Assembly: GCA_963662435.1 (NCBI GenBank)
Contig: OY759598.1
Coordinates: 2,760,507-2,824,506, forward strand
From: Dehalococcoidia bacterium
GTDB lineage: Bacteria > Chloroflexota > Dehalococcoidia > Lucifugimonadales > VXLM01
Reading direction: 5' to 3'
Length of the DNA stretch: 64,000 nucleotides
Shown here one piece after another: positions 38,839 to 49,233 of the stretch (within the stretch, counting starts at the first letter, position 1; the number at the start of each line of letters is the position of its first letter). Under the pieces are notes generated by a model, which made no database searches, was not told the origin of the DNA, and worked only from the letters and a program-made list of their open reading frames with translations. Both the position numbers and the translations under genes were made by a program.

Positions 38839-38861
38839 CAGCATGTTGGCCCACCCTTCGC

Positions 38862-39419
38862 CTACTCCCTCGGCGTCCTCACGTAGTCCTCGAGATGCCT
38901 CCGCACGATCATGCGCGCGCGGTGCAGGCGTGACTTGAGCGCCGACACGGTGATTTCCAACACCTCCGCCGCTTCCGCGTTGGAAAGGCCCTGAACGTCC
39001 CGCAGGACGAGGGCAGCGCGAAGGTCGGGCTCCAGAAGGTCAATCCCTTCACGCAGCTTGTCCCCCAGCTCCGAGTCGAGCGCGTCCTTGTGCGGGTTCT
39101 TCGTGAAGTCGATGACCTCGATCTCGTCGACGCCGGTCTGGGTGAGGGTGCGGTCCTTCTTGGTCTTCCGCAGGCGCATCAAAGCCGCGTTCATCGTTAT
39201 GCGATACAGCCACGTAGTCACATGGGACTGTCCCCGGAAGCGGTCGAAAGCCCGGTATGCCGACAGGAATGCGTCCTGCGCCACGTCCTCCGCCTCCTGC
39301 GTACTTCCCATGACGCGATAGGCTACGTTGTAGACGAAGTCGGAGTGCTGCTCGACGATTGCGTCGAAGTCTTCGGCAATGGTTGCGGGCGTACTCTGTT
39401 CCTGGGCGGGTGGAGTCAA
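38862..39419 (-). CDS. ECF RNA polymerase sigma factor
   Basis: AEDVAQDAF, FRGQS..TTWLYRI..N, LVLRDVQGLS..E.A...KSRLHRAR. Confidence 0.9.
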   Translation of the reverse strand: MTPPAQEQSTPATIAEDFDAIVEQHSDFVYNVAYRVMGSTQEAEDVAQDAFLSAYRAFDRFRGQSHVTTWLYRITMNAALMRLRKTKKDRTLTQTGVDEIEVIDFTKNPHKDALDSELGDKLREGIDLLEPDLRAALVLRDVQGLSNAEAAEVLEITVSALKSRLHRARMIVRRHLEDYVRTPRE

Positions 39420-39461
39420 TGTTGATTCACGATTAACGGACAGCCGGTCTGTGCCTCACGC

Positions 39462-39486
39462 AACGTATCGAACCGAAACATGTTCC
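39462..39486 (-). promoter_or_regulatory. ECF-type promoter upstream of the sigma gene
   Basis: Minus strand GGAAC-N16-CGTT. Confidence 0.55.
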
Positions 39487-39568
39487 CTTGCATCCAATTG
39501 TATGGGAACCTACCTCCAAAGCGAAAGCGGGGCCTCTCTCGCACCCCGGGGTAGCCCAGAGGACATTC

Positions 39569-39859
39569 ATGTCGTTTACGGGGCTGATAGGACGGCTTAC
39601 TGCGCATCTCAAGCGGACGCCGGAGTGCGGGGATGTCCGCATGAAGGCGTCGGACTATGTCGACGGCGATCTTAAGAAGGCGCACGTCGAGCGGATCCGC
39701 GCTCACCTTGGAGGGTGCGAGGCCTGTCGGGCGTTCGTAGATACCCTCGTCGAGACTATTCGACTGCTGGGATCAATGAAACGCGAGGTACCCGCCCCTG
39801 CAAACCTGAAGGATGCCATTCGCGGCAGAATTGCTGAGGAGCGGCGACTGCACGCCTGA
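39569..39859 (+). CDS. zf-HC2 (ZAS) soluble anti-sigma factor
   Basis: C...SDYVDGDL...HLGGCEAC; GAGGA RBS; divergent from the ECF sigma gene. Confidence 0.85.
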   Translation: MSFTGLIGRLTAHLKRTPECGDVRMKASDYVDGDLKKAHVERIRAHLGGCEACRAFVDTLVETIRLLGSMKREVPAPANLKDAIRGRIAEERRLHA

Positions 39860-39868
39860 TCGGAGTCG

Positions 39869-40342
39869 CTATCCGGCGGCGACGTACTTCGATGGACACT
39901 TGACGATGACGCTCTGGCTGTAGAACACGCCGTCGTCGCCATACGTGCCTTCGAGAATGATCTCGGAGTGTTGGTTGAAGAAGAGGTCGGGGACGACTCC
40001 TTCATGCACCGCCGACAGGGTCTCCGGGCCTTCAGCGTCCACCAGCGTGAACCGGGCAATGGTGGACGATTCCTCGCGGACGAAAGAGTCCTGTACGAGC
40101 TTGCCATTCACCCTCACGAGCCGTCCGTCTTCGGTCGGGCCGATCTCCTTGATCTCACTGACGGTGTAGAAGTAGACGCTCGCGCTCTGGAACGCCGTAA
40201 AGGCGAGAAACGCGAGAGCGCCAACAATGACGGCCAGGCCGACGGTCACCTTGATGCGGTGTGCCGTTCGGCTCGGCTCCGGCGCGGTAAATGACACGTC
40301 CTGTGAAGGATCTTGGTGTCCAACTGTCTCGTGCGTCGCCAT
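39869..40342 (-). CDS. ccmE: Cytochrome c maturation protein CcmE (CxxxY type)
   Basis: TM, YFYTVSE, VPDLF, VKCPSKY. Confidence 0.92.
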   Translation of the reverse strand: MATHETVGHQDPSQDVSFTAPEPSRTAHRIKVTVGLAVIVGALAFLAFTAFQSASVYFYTVSEIKEIGPTEDGRLVRVNGKLVQDSFVREESSTIARFTLVDAEGPETLSAVHEGVVPDLFFNQHSEIILEGTYGDDGVFYSQSVIVKCPSKYVAAG

Positions 40343-40364
40343 CTTGTACCGGTCCCCTACCTTC

Positions 40365-40712
40365 CTACGAACTCGTCTCGTCGTCCCCGTCTTGGCGCTC
40401 CCGAAGCGCCTGTCTCAATGCCTCGATGTCGCGCCGCATGTCGCGCTGCCGTCGGGACATATAGAAAGCATACCCGAAGAATCCGGCCCACGTAAGTATG
40501 TAGACAGCAAACAGGAACGGAAGGTTCGCCTCGGGATCGGAGCCGGACGTCTGGGCAAGGTATCCCGACGAAGCCACATGATCGACGATACCGCTGCCGG
40601 CGTAGACTGGACCGGCGAGGACAGCCGCGAAGACCAGTCCCAGAATGGCAACCGGGGCGGCCTTGGCTAGTGAGAGAGCTCTACGCAGCCTGCTGATATA
40701 TCTCGTCGACAT
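40365..40712 (-). CDS. ccmD: CcmD-like heme exporter protein with N-terminal extension
   Basis: LPFLFAVYILTWAGFFGYAFYMSRRQRDMRRDI; lies between ccmC and ccmE; start uncertain. Confidence 0.65.
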   Translation of the reverse strand: MSTRYISRLRRALSLAKAAPVAILGLVFAAVLAGPVYAGSGIVDHVASSGYLAQTSGSDPEANLPFLFAVYILTWAGFFGYAFYMSRRQRDMRRDIEALRQALRERQDGDDETSS

Positions 40713-41412
40713 CGGTCTCCGCTTTCTTGAGGCTGTAACGTTCGATTATCAGGTAGACGAAGAGAATTATAAAGGCTACGAGCGAGACGAGCACGGCCAC
40801 GAGCATCCTCGGATCGAGGGCGTCGCTATCGGCGGCGGGGCCGATAACGAGGTTGGGATGTGTCGAGCGCCACAGCTCGGCGGCGTAGTAGATGATTGGA
40901 GCGTCTATCGCTCCAATCAGGGCCAGTACCGCCCCGTATCGAGCACCCTGTGAACCCTTCGGCCCATACGCCCGGAGCATCAGGTAACTGGCATAGATGA
41001 ACCACAGCACCAGCGTGAGCGTTAGCTTCGGGTCCCACGTCCACCAGACGCCCCATACGGGCTTGGCCCAGATGGCGCCGGTGACGATGGCTATGGTGCA
41101 GAAGACGAGCCCCACCTCAGCCGAGGCGTAGGCGAGAGCGTCGGACTTCTGGCCCTTCCCCAAAAGATGGACCGCGCTGGCGACTGCGACCACGACAACT
41201 GACAACAGAGCAAGAATGGCGATGGGAACGTGGAAGTAGAAGATGCGTTGGGAGACGCCGAGGTTGGCATCGGTCGGCACATAGAGGAATGTCAGGTACA
41301 GCGTGGACGCCATCAGGATGGCGCCGGCAACGAGAAGAACGTCTCGAACGAGGTCTCCCCTGCTGCGCGGAGTCACAGGGTGCCCGACTGGCGTCAGCGT
41401 CTCCTGAGGCAT
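40681..41412 (-). CDS. ccmC: Heme exporter protein CcmC
   Basis: RIFYFHVP, TGAIWAKPVWGVWWTWDPKLT, WRSTHP. Confidence 0.93.
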   Translation of the reverse strand: MPQETLTPVGHPVTPRSRGDLVRDVLLVAGAILMASTLYLTFLYVPTDANLGVSQRIFYFHVPIAILALLSVVVVAVASAVHLLGKGQKSDALAYASAEVGLVFCTIAIVTGAIWAKPVWGVWWTWDPKLTLTLVLWFIYASYLMLRAYGPKGSQGARYGAVLALIGAIDAPIIYYAAELWRSTHPNLVIGPAADSDALDPRMLVAVLVSLVAFIILFVYLIIERYSLKKAETDVDEIYQQAA

Positions 41413-41539
41413 GGTGAGAATATATCACAGCGACAATTGCCGAAAAAGAATTGAGGATGAAAAAGAGGGATGTGCAACCGATCATCTGTGAATCACGAGA
41501 ACCGTCATTGGCATGAAAGTGAACGACAAGACCCCTTAT

Positions 41540-41677
41540 CGCCATTCCCGCGAAGGAACGTCACCCCGTACCCCAATACGGGGCCGAAACCCAGAGGGGA
41601 AGGGTAAGCGTTCCAAGTAGAGGGGAACCGGCCGTCTCCGATCGTATTCTGGATTCCTGCCTTCACTGAAATGACGG
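41540..41677. repeat. REP-like doublet (GTCATTCCCGCGAAGG family) with nested hairpin
   Basis: CGCCATTCCCGCGAAGG... with inverted TGGATTCCTGCCTTCACTGAAATGACG; relatives at 39-66, 174-200 and 49119-49172. Confidence 0.7.
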
Positions 41678-41720
41678 CTGCAGACGGGGATACGCGCGCC
41701 AACTCTGATAGAATTGCCGC

Positions 41721-42083
41721 ATGGAGCGACAGACGTTCGAGCGGCTGGTGCACTTAGCGCTGAGTTCAATACCGAAAGACTTCCGGCGGCGACTCGACAA
41801 TGTCGACATCATCGTCGAGGACTGGCCTTCACCCGATCAGCTTGCGGGACATCTCGTACACGAGGAGGAGCTCTTACTCGGCCTGTACGAGGGTGTACCC
41901 CTCACCGAACGGGCCGACTACCTCGCAATCCTCCCCGACCGGATTACCATCTTCCAAGGGTCGATCGAGTCCATCTGCACCTCGAACGATGAGATCGTCA
42001 AGGAGGTTCGCACGACGATCGTCCATGAAGTCGCTCACCACTTCGGGATCGACGACGAGCGGTTGCATGAGTTGGGAGTCTAG
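41721..42083 (+). CDS. Zincin-like metallopeptidase (DUF1025)
   Basis: LLGLYEGVPLTER, LPDRITIF, TIVHEVAHHFGIDD. Confidence 0.92.
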   Translation: MERQTFERLVHLALSSIPKDFRRRLDNVDIIVEDWPSPDQLAGHLVHEEELLLGLYEGVPLTERADYLAILPDRITIFQGSIESICTSNDEIVKEVRTTIVHEVAHHFGIDDERLHELGV

Positions 42084-42094
42084 GGGCGCAGTTG

Positions 42095-43300
42095 CTAGGC
42101 GCCGGGCGACGGCGTCTCGGCTGCCATGTGCCTCATGACCGCTACCACAGGGACGGCCGCCAGCACGACTACGGCGGCAACGAGGAACGGGATTCCGATG
42201 AGGTCGTCGCTGAAGCTTGCGAGTCTTCCGCTGCCTGATGCTCCCACGACTACCCCAAGCGAGTAGACGGCGTAGAAGACGCCGAAAGCCATTCCCCGCC
42301 TGTCAGCGCCGGTAGCGCTCGCCACCAAGGCTGTGGCGGCTGGAAACACCAGGCCGTAGCCCAGTCCGAATACCGCCATGCCCACCACCACTCCACCATA
42401 TCCCTCAAGGATACCCAGAAGGGCCAGTCCTGCCGCAATTCCAAGGAGACCAAGCATCAGGGGGCCGAACCGCCCGAACCGGTCGCTGGCGCGGCTAATC
42501 GGACTTGCCATCACGAGCATTGCCACGAGCGCGTACACGCCGAAGCTATAGCCTGAACGGGCCGCTGATTGCCCCTGCTCTTCCAGCATCAACGGCAGGT
42601 AAGTGACAAGTGCCCCTATGCCGACCGTGATGGCAAACGCAGCGGCGTAGGCCGGCCAGAGGGCGGGCTGCCTCTGCGCGATTTCGCTTGGGGCGTCCGA
42701 ATCGTGCGTCTCGACTTCCCGGGAATTGTCACGGGCGATGATCAGGAACGCCACCAGCGTGATGAAAATGAACACCGCATCGACGTAGAAGACCACGTCT
42801 GCCCCCCAGTTGTCCCGGAGAATGCCGGCAACGGGAGGCCCAACCAGGGCTGCTACGGCAATCAGCGCTCCGGTCAGGCCCATCGCTCGACCCCACCGAT
42901 CGGACGCCGTCCTGTCGCCGATGATCGAGAACGCGCCCGGAGCGAGCACCGCCGCCCCGATGCCGTGCACTGCTCTGGCGGCCATCATCTGCTCAGGCGT
43001 CTGGACGAGCGAGTAGCTGAAAACGGCAATGACGGTGATCGCCATGCCAAGGACCATGGGAGTCCTTCGACCCCATCTATCGAGAATGTACCCCGCGCCG
43101 AGGTTCCCGAATAGGTTGGTGAAAGAGTACGCGGCAACGATGATCCCGACTAGAGCGGCAGACGCTCCAAGGCCCTCGGCGTGAGGGGCGATCGTGGGAA
43201 ATTGGACGAACAGATCGAAGAACGCCGCGAACACCACGAGCCTCGCGGCCCATATGGTGTATCGCGCAATGCCTGCCGAGTGGAGTGTGCTTGAAGCCAT
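42095..43300 (-). CDS. MFS transporter (12 TM)
   Basis: GYILDRWGRR and SDRFGR motif A; ARAVHGIG. Confidence 0.88.
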   Translation of the reverse strand: MASSTLHSAGIARYTIWAARLVVFAAFFDLFVQFPTIAPHAEGLGASAALVGIIVAAYSFTNLFGNLGAGYILDRWGRRTPMVLGMAITVIAVFSYSLVQTPEQMMAARAVHGIGAAVLAPGAFSIIGDRTASDRWGRAMGLTGALIAVAALVGPPVAGILRDNWGADVVFYVDAVFIFITLVAFLIIARDNSREVETHDSDAPSEIAQRQPALWPAYAAAFAITVGIGALVTYLPLMLEEQGQSAARSGYSFGVYALVAMLVMASPISRASDRFGRFGPLMLGLLGIAAGLALLGILEGYGGVVVGMAVFGLGYGLVFPAATALVASATGADRRGMAFGVFYAVYSLGVVVGASGSGRLASFSDDLIGIPFLVAAVVVLAAVPVVAVMRHMAAETPSPGA

Positions 43301-43400
43301 TCGTCGCCGGTTCGCTCAGTGAAATCCAGTGTATAGGATGCCGTCGCCTCGGACTAGGAATAGGGACTCGGAAAGTTTCGAGTATTGCGTACCGGCGGGC

Positions 43401-45248
43401 CTAGCGGAGGACGCGTCCATCCCCTTCACGTCGTGTCACTCGCTGGCGGTCGAGCTGTTCGAGGAGCGCGAGGGCGTACTTGCGGCTCGTACCGAACAAA
43501 TCGCGTACATCGCCAACGGTTATGGGGCCTGCCGACCTGATGTGCTCCACGACTGCCTCCGCCATCTTCTCGTAAGCCGAAGCGATGAACACCACCGAGT
43601 CCCCCGCGCGCACGACACGCCCTTCATCTACCAATAGCGTGAGAATCTCCGCGTCGGGCACCGGCTCACTTGGAGGAGAGTAAGGCTGCGTCTCGAGCAT
43701 TGCGAGGTAGTCCTGCACCGCCAACTCCTGGCTTGGTGTCAACTTTCGCCTGTGACTGGCAAGATAGACCACCGGCCCGTCCTCGACAGCCGCCCCTCCC
43801 TCTTGCAGCACACGGAGCACATCGGGAAAGTCAGCCGGAGCGGACCTCGTGCGACTGCGCAGCTCCTCCTTGGGTGCCCCCTTTCTCAGCGGATAGGACT
43901 CGTGGTAGGCGGAAAGGAACTCCAGCGCCCTCTTCTCCAGCGCCAGCCAGCCGCCCTTGGTGAAGACGGATTTTCCCGAACGGAGCAGCACGATGTCCCC
44001 GTTTCTCGCCATCTCCTCAAGCTCCGAAGTCACGGTCTCGGTCTCCATATTGGCACGGCTGGGGAGCTCATCAACGTCCGACGGCTCGGACCGCTCGATG
44101 GTGTTGAGGAGTATGTCCTTCGTCGTTCCCTCCTCCATCGTGGCAAGCCGCTCGAGGGTCGGTTGGTGATTCCGACGATGCCGCTGTGCGTGCGTGTCCA
44201 CGACACTTCCGCCGCCGAGGGTGGCTCGGTTGGACCTGACCACGAAGAAATCGTCCTTCACTATTGCAATGGGCGTCTCGAACTTGAGCTGAGCCCAGAC
44301 CGATTCGCCCGGTTCCGCGCGCTGGCGTTCGAGCAGCCGCAGCCGTGCGATGGCCTCGCTGCTTCCCGTATGGACGGTGAGGAGCATGTTGTGACGGAGA
44401 GGGCGGGGAACGTCCTCGATGACCCGCAGGTGGACGTCCACGGCGTCCGTTGGGTTCAGCCAGCCCGGGACCGTCAGCACGTCTCCACGTTGGAGGTCGT
44501 CCTGGGACAGGCCCACGATGTTGGCTGCTACCCGCGTGCCCGGCGGTGCCGTCTCCAGCTTCCTCTTGTGGCTCTGCAGGCCTCGAATCCTCGATTCGAG
44601 CCCTCTCGGCAGCACCTCGACCACCTGGCCGACACTCAAAGTACCATCGACCAACGTGCCCGTGACCACGGTGCCGAAGCCGGACATTGTGAACGCTCGA
44701 TCGAGAGCCAGTCGAGGCCGTCCGAGGTCCTTGCGTGCCCGCGTCTCTTTGAGCATGGACTCGACTGTCGCCGTCAGCTCTGGCAGACCCTCTCCCGTGG
44801 TGGCAGAGACGGGAATTATCTGGGCCTCTTCGAGCGTCGTCCCCTCAAGAACGTCCTGGACTTCCGCCGTCACGAGTTCCAGCCACTCGTCGTCCACCAG
44901 GTCGCGCTTGGTGATGGCCACCAGCCCGCGCCCGACGTTCAGCAGGTCGAGAATGGCCAAGTGCTCGCGTGTCTGCGGCATCACCGACTCGTCGGCCGCC
45001 ACCACGAGCAGCGCCAGGTCGATGCCGCCCACACCCGCAAGCATGTTGTTGACGAACCGCTCGTGCCCCGGAACGTCGACAATGCTGACCTCGCTCCCGT
45101 CCGAAAGGGGCATCCATGCGAAGCCAAGGTCGATGGTCAGCCCTCGGTCCTTCTCCTCCTGGAGACGGTCGGGGTCGATACCCGTGAGGGCGTGTACAAG
45201 CGTCGACTTGCCGTGGTCGACGTGTCCAGCCGTACCGATTACGTGCAA
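43401..45248 (-). CDS. selB: Selenocysteine-specific translation elongation factor
   Basis: [30 protein letters not shown]-terminal winged helix [13 protein letters not shown]. Confidence 0.97.
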   Translation of the reverse strand: MHVIGTAGHVDHGKSTLVHALTGIDPDRLQEEKDRGLTIDLGFAWMPLSDGSEVSIVDVPGHERFVNNMLAGVGGIDLALLVVAADESVMPQTREHLAILDLLNVGRGLVAITKRDLVDDEWLELVTAEVQDVLEGTTLEEAQIIPVSATTGEGLPELTATVESMLKETRARKDLGRPRLALDRAFTMSGFGTVVTGTLVDGTLSVGQVVEVLPRGLESRIRGLQSHKRKLETAPPGTRVAANIVGLSQDDLQRGDVLTVPGWLNPTDAVDVHLRVIEDVPRPLRHNMLLTVHTGSSEAIARLRLLERQRAEPGESVWAQLKFETPIAIVKDDFFVVRSNRATLGGGSVVDTHAQRHRRNHQPTLERLATMEEGTTKDILLNTIERSEPSDVDELPSRANMETETVTSELEEMARNGDIVLLRSGKSVFTKGGWLALEKRALEFLSAYHESYPLRKGAPKEELRSRTRSAPADFPDVLRVLQEGGAAVEDGPVVYLASHRRKLTPSQELAVQDYLAMLETQPYSPPSEPVPDAEILTLLVDEGRVVRAGDSVVFIASAYEKMAEAVVEHIRSAGPITVGDVRDLFGTSRKYALALLEQLDRQRVTRREGDGRVLR

Positions 45249-45314
45249 CGTTCACGCTCCCCGTCAGGATGAGTCCAGCATAGCAAAACTGGATGTCGGG
45301 CGGTACGCGGCACG

Positions 45315-46511
45315 TCAGTCGAAGAAGCGGACGAATACCTCGTTGCTAAGAAATCTGCCCTTGTCCGTCAGGCGTATGCTCCCATCGAACACCTCTACGA
45401 GTCCGGTGGGGAGAAGCTCCTCGAATTCCTCGCGATAGACTGCCAACGGGGACGCGCCAAAGCGGGCCTCGAATCCAGTCACCGAAACTCCCGTATCCAA
45501 CCGCAGTCCGAGCATCATCGTCTCGGCCATTTCGAGGGAACGGTCTATATATTCGATTGTGTCTACTACGGAAATCGACCTGATGGCGGCGCGGATGGCT
45601 TTCGTATCGCCGTCCATGGCTATGGACGAGGGAGTTTGTTCCCTGAGCCTCCTGACGTATTCACGCGGCGGCTTGAGGTTGGAGAATCGGTGATGTGCGA
45701 TGGATGAATGCGCCCCCGGCCCCACGCCCAAGTACGGCTCGTTGCGCCAGTAAATGATGTTGTGCAGGCCCAGCTTGCCGTCTGCCGCCCAGTTCGATAT
45801 CTCATAGTGGCGGTACCCCATGTCGCCAAGCTGCTCCTCAGCCATTGCGTACATGTCTGCGGCGAGGTCGGGATCGGGCATGGGCAACGACCCCTGCGTG
45901 ACGGAGTGCTCCATTGGTGTGCCGCCCTCAAGCGTCAATGCGTAGAGGGACACGTGCGGCGGCTGGAGATCTGCCGTTCGCGACAGCGTCCGCTCCCAGT
46001 GCCCGATGGTCTGGTGTGGTAGGCCATACATCAGGTCGATGCTGACGTTATCGAACCCGGCATCACTAGCCAAGCGGTACGCCTCGACGGCGTCCGCGGC
46101 AGTGTGGCGCCGGCCCAGGAGCGTGAGCAGACCGTCGTCGAAGCTCTGTACGCCAATGCTGAGCCGGTTTATACCCGCGTTCAAGAAGTCAGCAAGCTTA
46201 TCTGGGGCGAAGTCTCCGGGGTTAGCTTCCAACGTGGCCTCCGCGTCGTCCTGGAGGTCGAATGAACCTGAGACCGTCGCCATCAGCGCCGAAATGTCGC
46301 CTCTCGGCAGATACGAGGGTGTGCCGCCCCCGAAGAATACAGTGCGAACGGGGGGATGTCCGAGGACCCCCGCCCAAAGCTCGATCTCCGTCCTCAGGGC
46401 CGACACATAGTCCGGTATCAGCGACTCGATCTTGGCGTACGTGTTGAAATCGCAGTACGGGCACTTCGTCTCGCAGAATGGGATGTGGACATAGAGTGCT
46501 ATCGGCTGCAT
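45315..46511 (-). CDS. hemW: Radical SAM heme chaperone
   Basis: [48 protein letters not shown]. Confidence 0.92.
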   Translation of the reverse strand: MQPIALYVHIPFCETKCPYCDFNTYAKIESLIPDYVSALRTEIELWAGVLGHPPVRTVFFGGGTPSYLPRGDISALMATVSGSFDLQDDAEATLEANPGDFAPDKLADFLNAGINRLSIGVQSFDDGLLTLLGRRHTAADAVEAYRLASDAGFDNVSIDLMYGLPHQTIGHWERTLSRTADLQPPHVSLYALTLEGGTPMEHSVTQGSLPMPDPDLAADMYAMAEEQLGDMGYRHYEISNWAADGKLGLHNIIYWRNEPYLGVGPGAHSSIAHHRFSNLKPPREYVRRLREQTPSSIAMDGDTKAIRAAIRSISVVDTIEYIDRSLEMAETMMLGLRLDTGVSVTGFEARFGASPLAVYREEFEELLPTGLVEVFDGSIRLTDKGRFLSNEVFVRFFD

Positions 46512-46539
46512 AACGTCTCGGCCATTCATCGAACCCAGT

Positions 46540-46938
46540 CTAGAATAATCTAGGCGGATGGAACTGCCCGTCGCTCGTAGTGTTGTGTTTCGGATTCCTT
46601 CCGTGCTGGCGACGGTGAGAACGCAGCTTGGCGGCCTCGACGCGTTCAGCAGACTTACGAGAAATAGCCCTCGTTTGGACTACGAGCTTATCCCCGCGAC
46701 CGAGCTTTCCCGTCTTCTTGTGCTCTCCCGCCCGCCGCGAAGGATTGTTCGTGGTGCCGTAGTAATTCGGGCGGCCCTTGCTGTCCTCAATCGCATACTG
46801 GATCTTCTTTCCCGACTTTATCTGCCCTTTGGGCCGCGCGCCGCTACGACTGTTTGAATTTCGCCTCGCACTGCTCCTGCCTCCGGAGCTCCGCCGAGCG
46901 CCGCCTCTGTAGCCTCCTCTACTATAGCCCCTTGCCAT
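46540..46938 (-). CDS. Small basic protein: RG/S-rich N-terminus plus GIY-YIG-like domain
   Basis: AAGGAG RBS; IQY-x10-YYGTT...RR...H...E...N spacing like GIY-YIG. Confidence 0.55.
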   Translation of the reverse strand: MARGYSRGGYRGGARRSSGGRSSARRNSNSRSGARPKGQIKSGKKIQYAIEDSKGRPNYYGTTNNPSRRAGEHKKTGKLGRGDKLVVQTRAISRKSAERVEAAKLRSHRRQHGRNPKHNTTSDGQFHPPRLF

Positions 46939-47057
46939 CTCTAAACTCCTTTTAGTGATTGCTCAGTCGCACTCCCCACTTCAGGTGCAGGTCATTATAG
47001 GATCAACGTCAACGCAACAAAACCCGATGGTGAAAGAGGTGCCGCTCAGGTAATCCA

Positions 47058-48149
47058 TCACAGATTGAACAGAACATGTACAACCTCACCGTCCTGTACG
47101 ACGTAGTCCTTCCCCTCCTGTCGGAGGATGCCCTGCTTTCGCGCTTCGGCGAATCCGCCGCAGTCGGCCAGATCATCGAACGGCACGACTTCGGCGCGGA
47201 TGAAGCCCTGCTCGAAGTCGGTATGTATCTTGCCTGCCGCCTTCGACGCTGTCGTGCCCTCCAGGATCTCCCACGCTCGTACCTCGTCGTCTCCGATGGT
47301 CAGGAAGGTGACCAGCCCAACGACGTCGTACGAGAGTCGTATGATCCTGTTCATCCCCGACTCTCCCGCGCCAACCGCCTCCCGGAACTCGGCTTCGTCC
47401 GCCGCGTCCATTTGCGCGAGGTCCATTTCCAGCTTGCCGCATATTGCGGCGGCTCGGACATACGGTCCTTCAACTGTCTCGACAAGCCGTTCTTCTAGTT
47501 CGACAGCCCCATCAAGATCGCCCTCGTCGATGTTCAGCAGGACGATGAGAGGCTTCGACGTAAGGAACTGAAAGCCACGAAGTCGGTCCGACTGCTCAAG
47601 CGTGAACTCCTGGTCGCGAATGGGCGTCTCGGCTTCGAGATGCCCCTTGATGCTTTCAAGCAGGTCACGCTCCTTCTGTATGGCGTCTCGCTCGGAGGCC
47701 TTGGCGCCCTTTGAGCTGTCGTCCAGTCGCTCAAGACGGCGGTCCAGGATTTCGAGGTCCGAGAAGAGGAGCTCCAGCATCATGTTTTCAACGTCGCGAA
47801 AAGGATCGACCGAGCCGTCGACGTGGAGCACCGCCTCGTCCTTGAAGGCCCGCGCGACAATGAGCAGGGCGTCGACCCGCTGCAGGTCGTTCAGATACTG
47901 GCCCGATATCCCACGTATCCTGCCGGAAGGGCTTGCGGGGGGAGGAATGTCGACGTAGCTCACCGTCGCAGGCACCCGCTTGCGGGGTTCGTACAAGTCA
48001 GCGAGACGGTCCAGACGTGCGTCGGGCACCGCTGCGACACCCACATTCGGTGCTCCGCCATACGACGCCACATCCGCTCGACCGCCTGTCAGGGCGTTGA
48101 ACATGGTGGTCTTACCACTCCCGGGCAGACCTATGATGCCGATTTCCAT
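47058..48149 (-). CDS. ychF: Redox-regulated ATPase YchF
   Basis: GIIGLPGSGKTT, VPDARL, LTSKP, AAGKIHTDF..GFIRAEV, EGKDYVVQDG. Confidence 0.93.
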   Translation of the reverse strand: MEIGIIGLPGSGKTTMFNALTGGRADVASYGGAPNVGVAAVPDARLDRLADLYEPRKRVPATVSYVDIPPPASPSGRIRGISGQYLNDLQRVDALLIVARAFKDEAVLHVDGSVDPFRDVENMMLELLFSDLEILDRRLERLDDSSKGAKASERDAIQKERDLLESIKGHLEAETPIRDQEFTLEQSDRLRGFQFLTSKPLIVLLNIDEGDLDGAVELEERLVETVEGPYVRAAAICGKLEMDLAQMDAADEAEFREAVGAGESGMNRIIRLSYDVVGLVTFLTIGDDEVRAWEILEGTTASKAAGKIHTDFEQGFIRAEVVPFDDLADCGGFAEARKQGILRQEGKDYVVQDGEVVHVLFNL

Positions 48150-48206
48150 GGGTGTGTTTCTCTGTGGAGATTGGCAGGAGGTGCCGGTGACTCGGAAGAA
48201 CTTCCT

Positions 48207-48578
48207 CTAGGAATTACCCTTCTGAGCTTCCTCGTCCTCGACGTGGCGATATTGGCCTTCGATGATTCTCTCCCGGGTTTGGTCGGTGCCGGCGTCATTG
48301 GGAGAATCGGCGGGACGTCCGGTGAGGTATTCATTCAGCACGCCGCGGGGGGTCATGAGAAGGAAGGAGGCCAGCGCAACGAGAATAACGATGAGATCGT
48401 CGGTATGCCCCAGGATCGGGATGAGGTCGGGAAGAAGGTCGATTGGGAGGATGAGGTAGAGGAGGGCTGCCGGTATGATGAGCTTGAGGCGGAGGGGGAC
48501 TCGCCGGTCGAGCATCAGCCTGAACACCAGACCGGGTATCCTCGTGAGCATCAGCAGGCGTAGAATCGGCATGGCCAT
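48207..48578 (-). CDS. DUF1232 (YkvA) family membrane protein
   Basis: YLILPIDLLPDLIPILGHTDD; AAGGAG RBS. Confidence 0.88.
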   Translation of the reverse strand: MAMPILRLLMLTRIPGLVFRLMLDRRVPLRLKLIIPAALLYLILPIDLLPDLIPILGHTDDLIVILVALASFLLMTPRGVLNEYLTGRPADSPNDAGTDQTRERIIEGQYRHVEDEEAQKGNS

Positions 48579-48946
48579 CGGTCCTCGCTCCTTACCGTTA
48601 CGATACCATATCACCGGCAAGAGGGGCCCCGTGCCGAGCGCCGTACGGGACCACCTGACGCCCAATTTGACCACCAAGAACGCTTGGCCTACGATGAGCA
48701 CGTCGGTGACGCGGACATCGGAAAAGCGACCCGACCCATAAGTCCACATGAGGCAATCTAAGAATGACTGCAAAAATAATTTGCCATGGAGGAATTTTTC
48801 TCAAACCGTCTCATCTGCCGTCGTCCGCGGGATGTGTACACGCGAAACAGCCTCAATACGGCCCGACGGCACTGGCGAAAGAGAATAAGAGCGAATACGA
48901 GATAGACATATTGAGAACAAGGGAAAACAGAGGGGAAATAATGGCG

Positions 48947-49090
48947 TCTCAGACCATCTCACTTTCTCAAACCCTCTCATCTTCTCAAAATTTCTCTCCG
49001 TCTCAGACCTTCTCACTTTCTCAGACCTTCTCACTTTCTCAGACCTTTTCACTTTCTCAGACCCTCTCATCTTCTCAGAGCGTCTCACGC
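48947..49090. repeat. 18-bp tandem repeat x8 (consensus TCTCAGACCTTCTCACTT)
   Basis: Eight contiguous units read directly; a solitary related unit at 48799-48816. Confidence 0.92.
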
Positions 49091-49233
49091 CTGAGGAATG
49101 ATTCGCGCCGACACTCTCCGTCATTCCCGCGAAGGAACGTCACCCCGTACCCCGATACGGGGCGGGAATCCACACGATCCCGTCGGCCAAAACTAGGCAG
49201 CATAAGAGCTCTTTGGCCATCAACGAGGCTTGA

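Noticed and set aside
43752..45272. Long antisense ORFs (this 506-aa one, also 35185-36606, 19236-20150, 26228-27007 and those opposite the LRR gene)
   Set aside because: Shadow frames of well-supported genes in GC-rich DNA, with no motifs
48947..49090. Possible CRISPR array
   Set aside because: Units are contiguous with no unique spacers, and no cas genes are in the window
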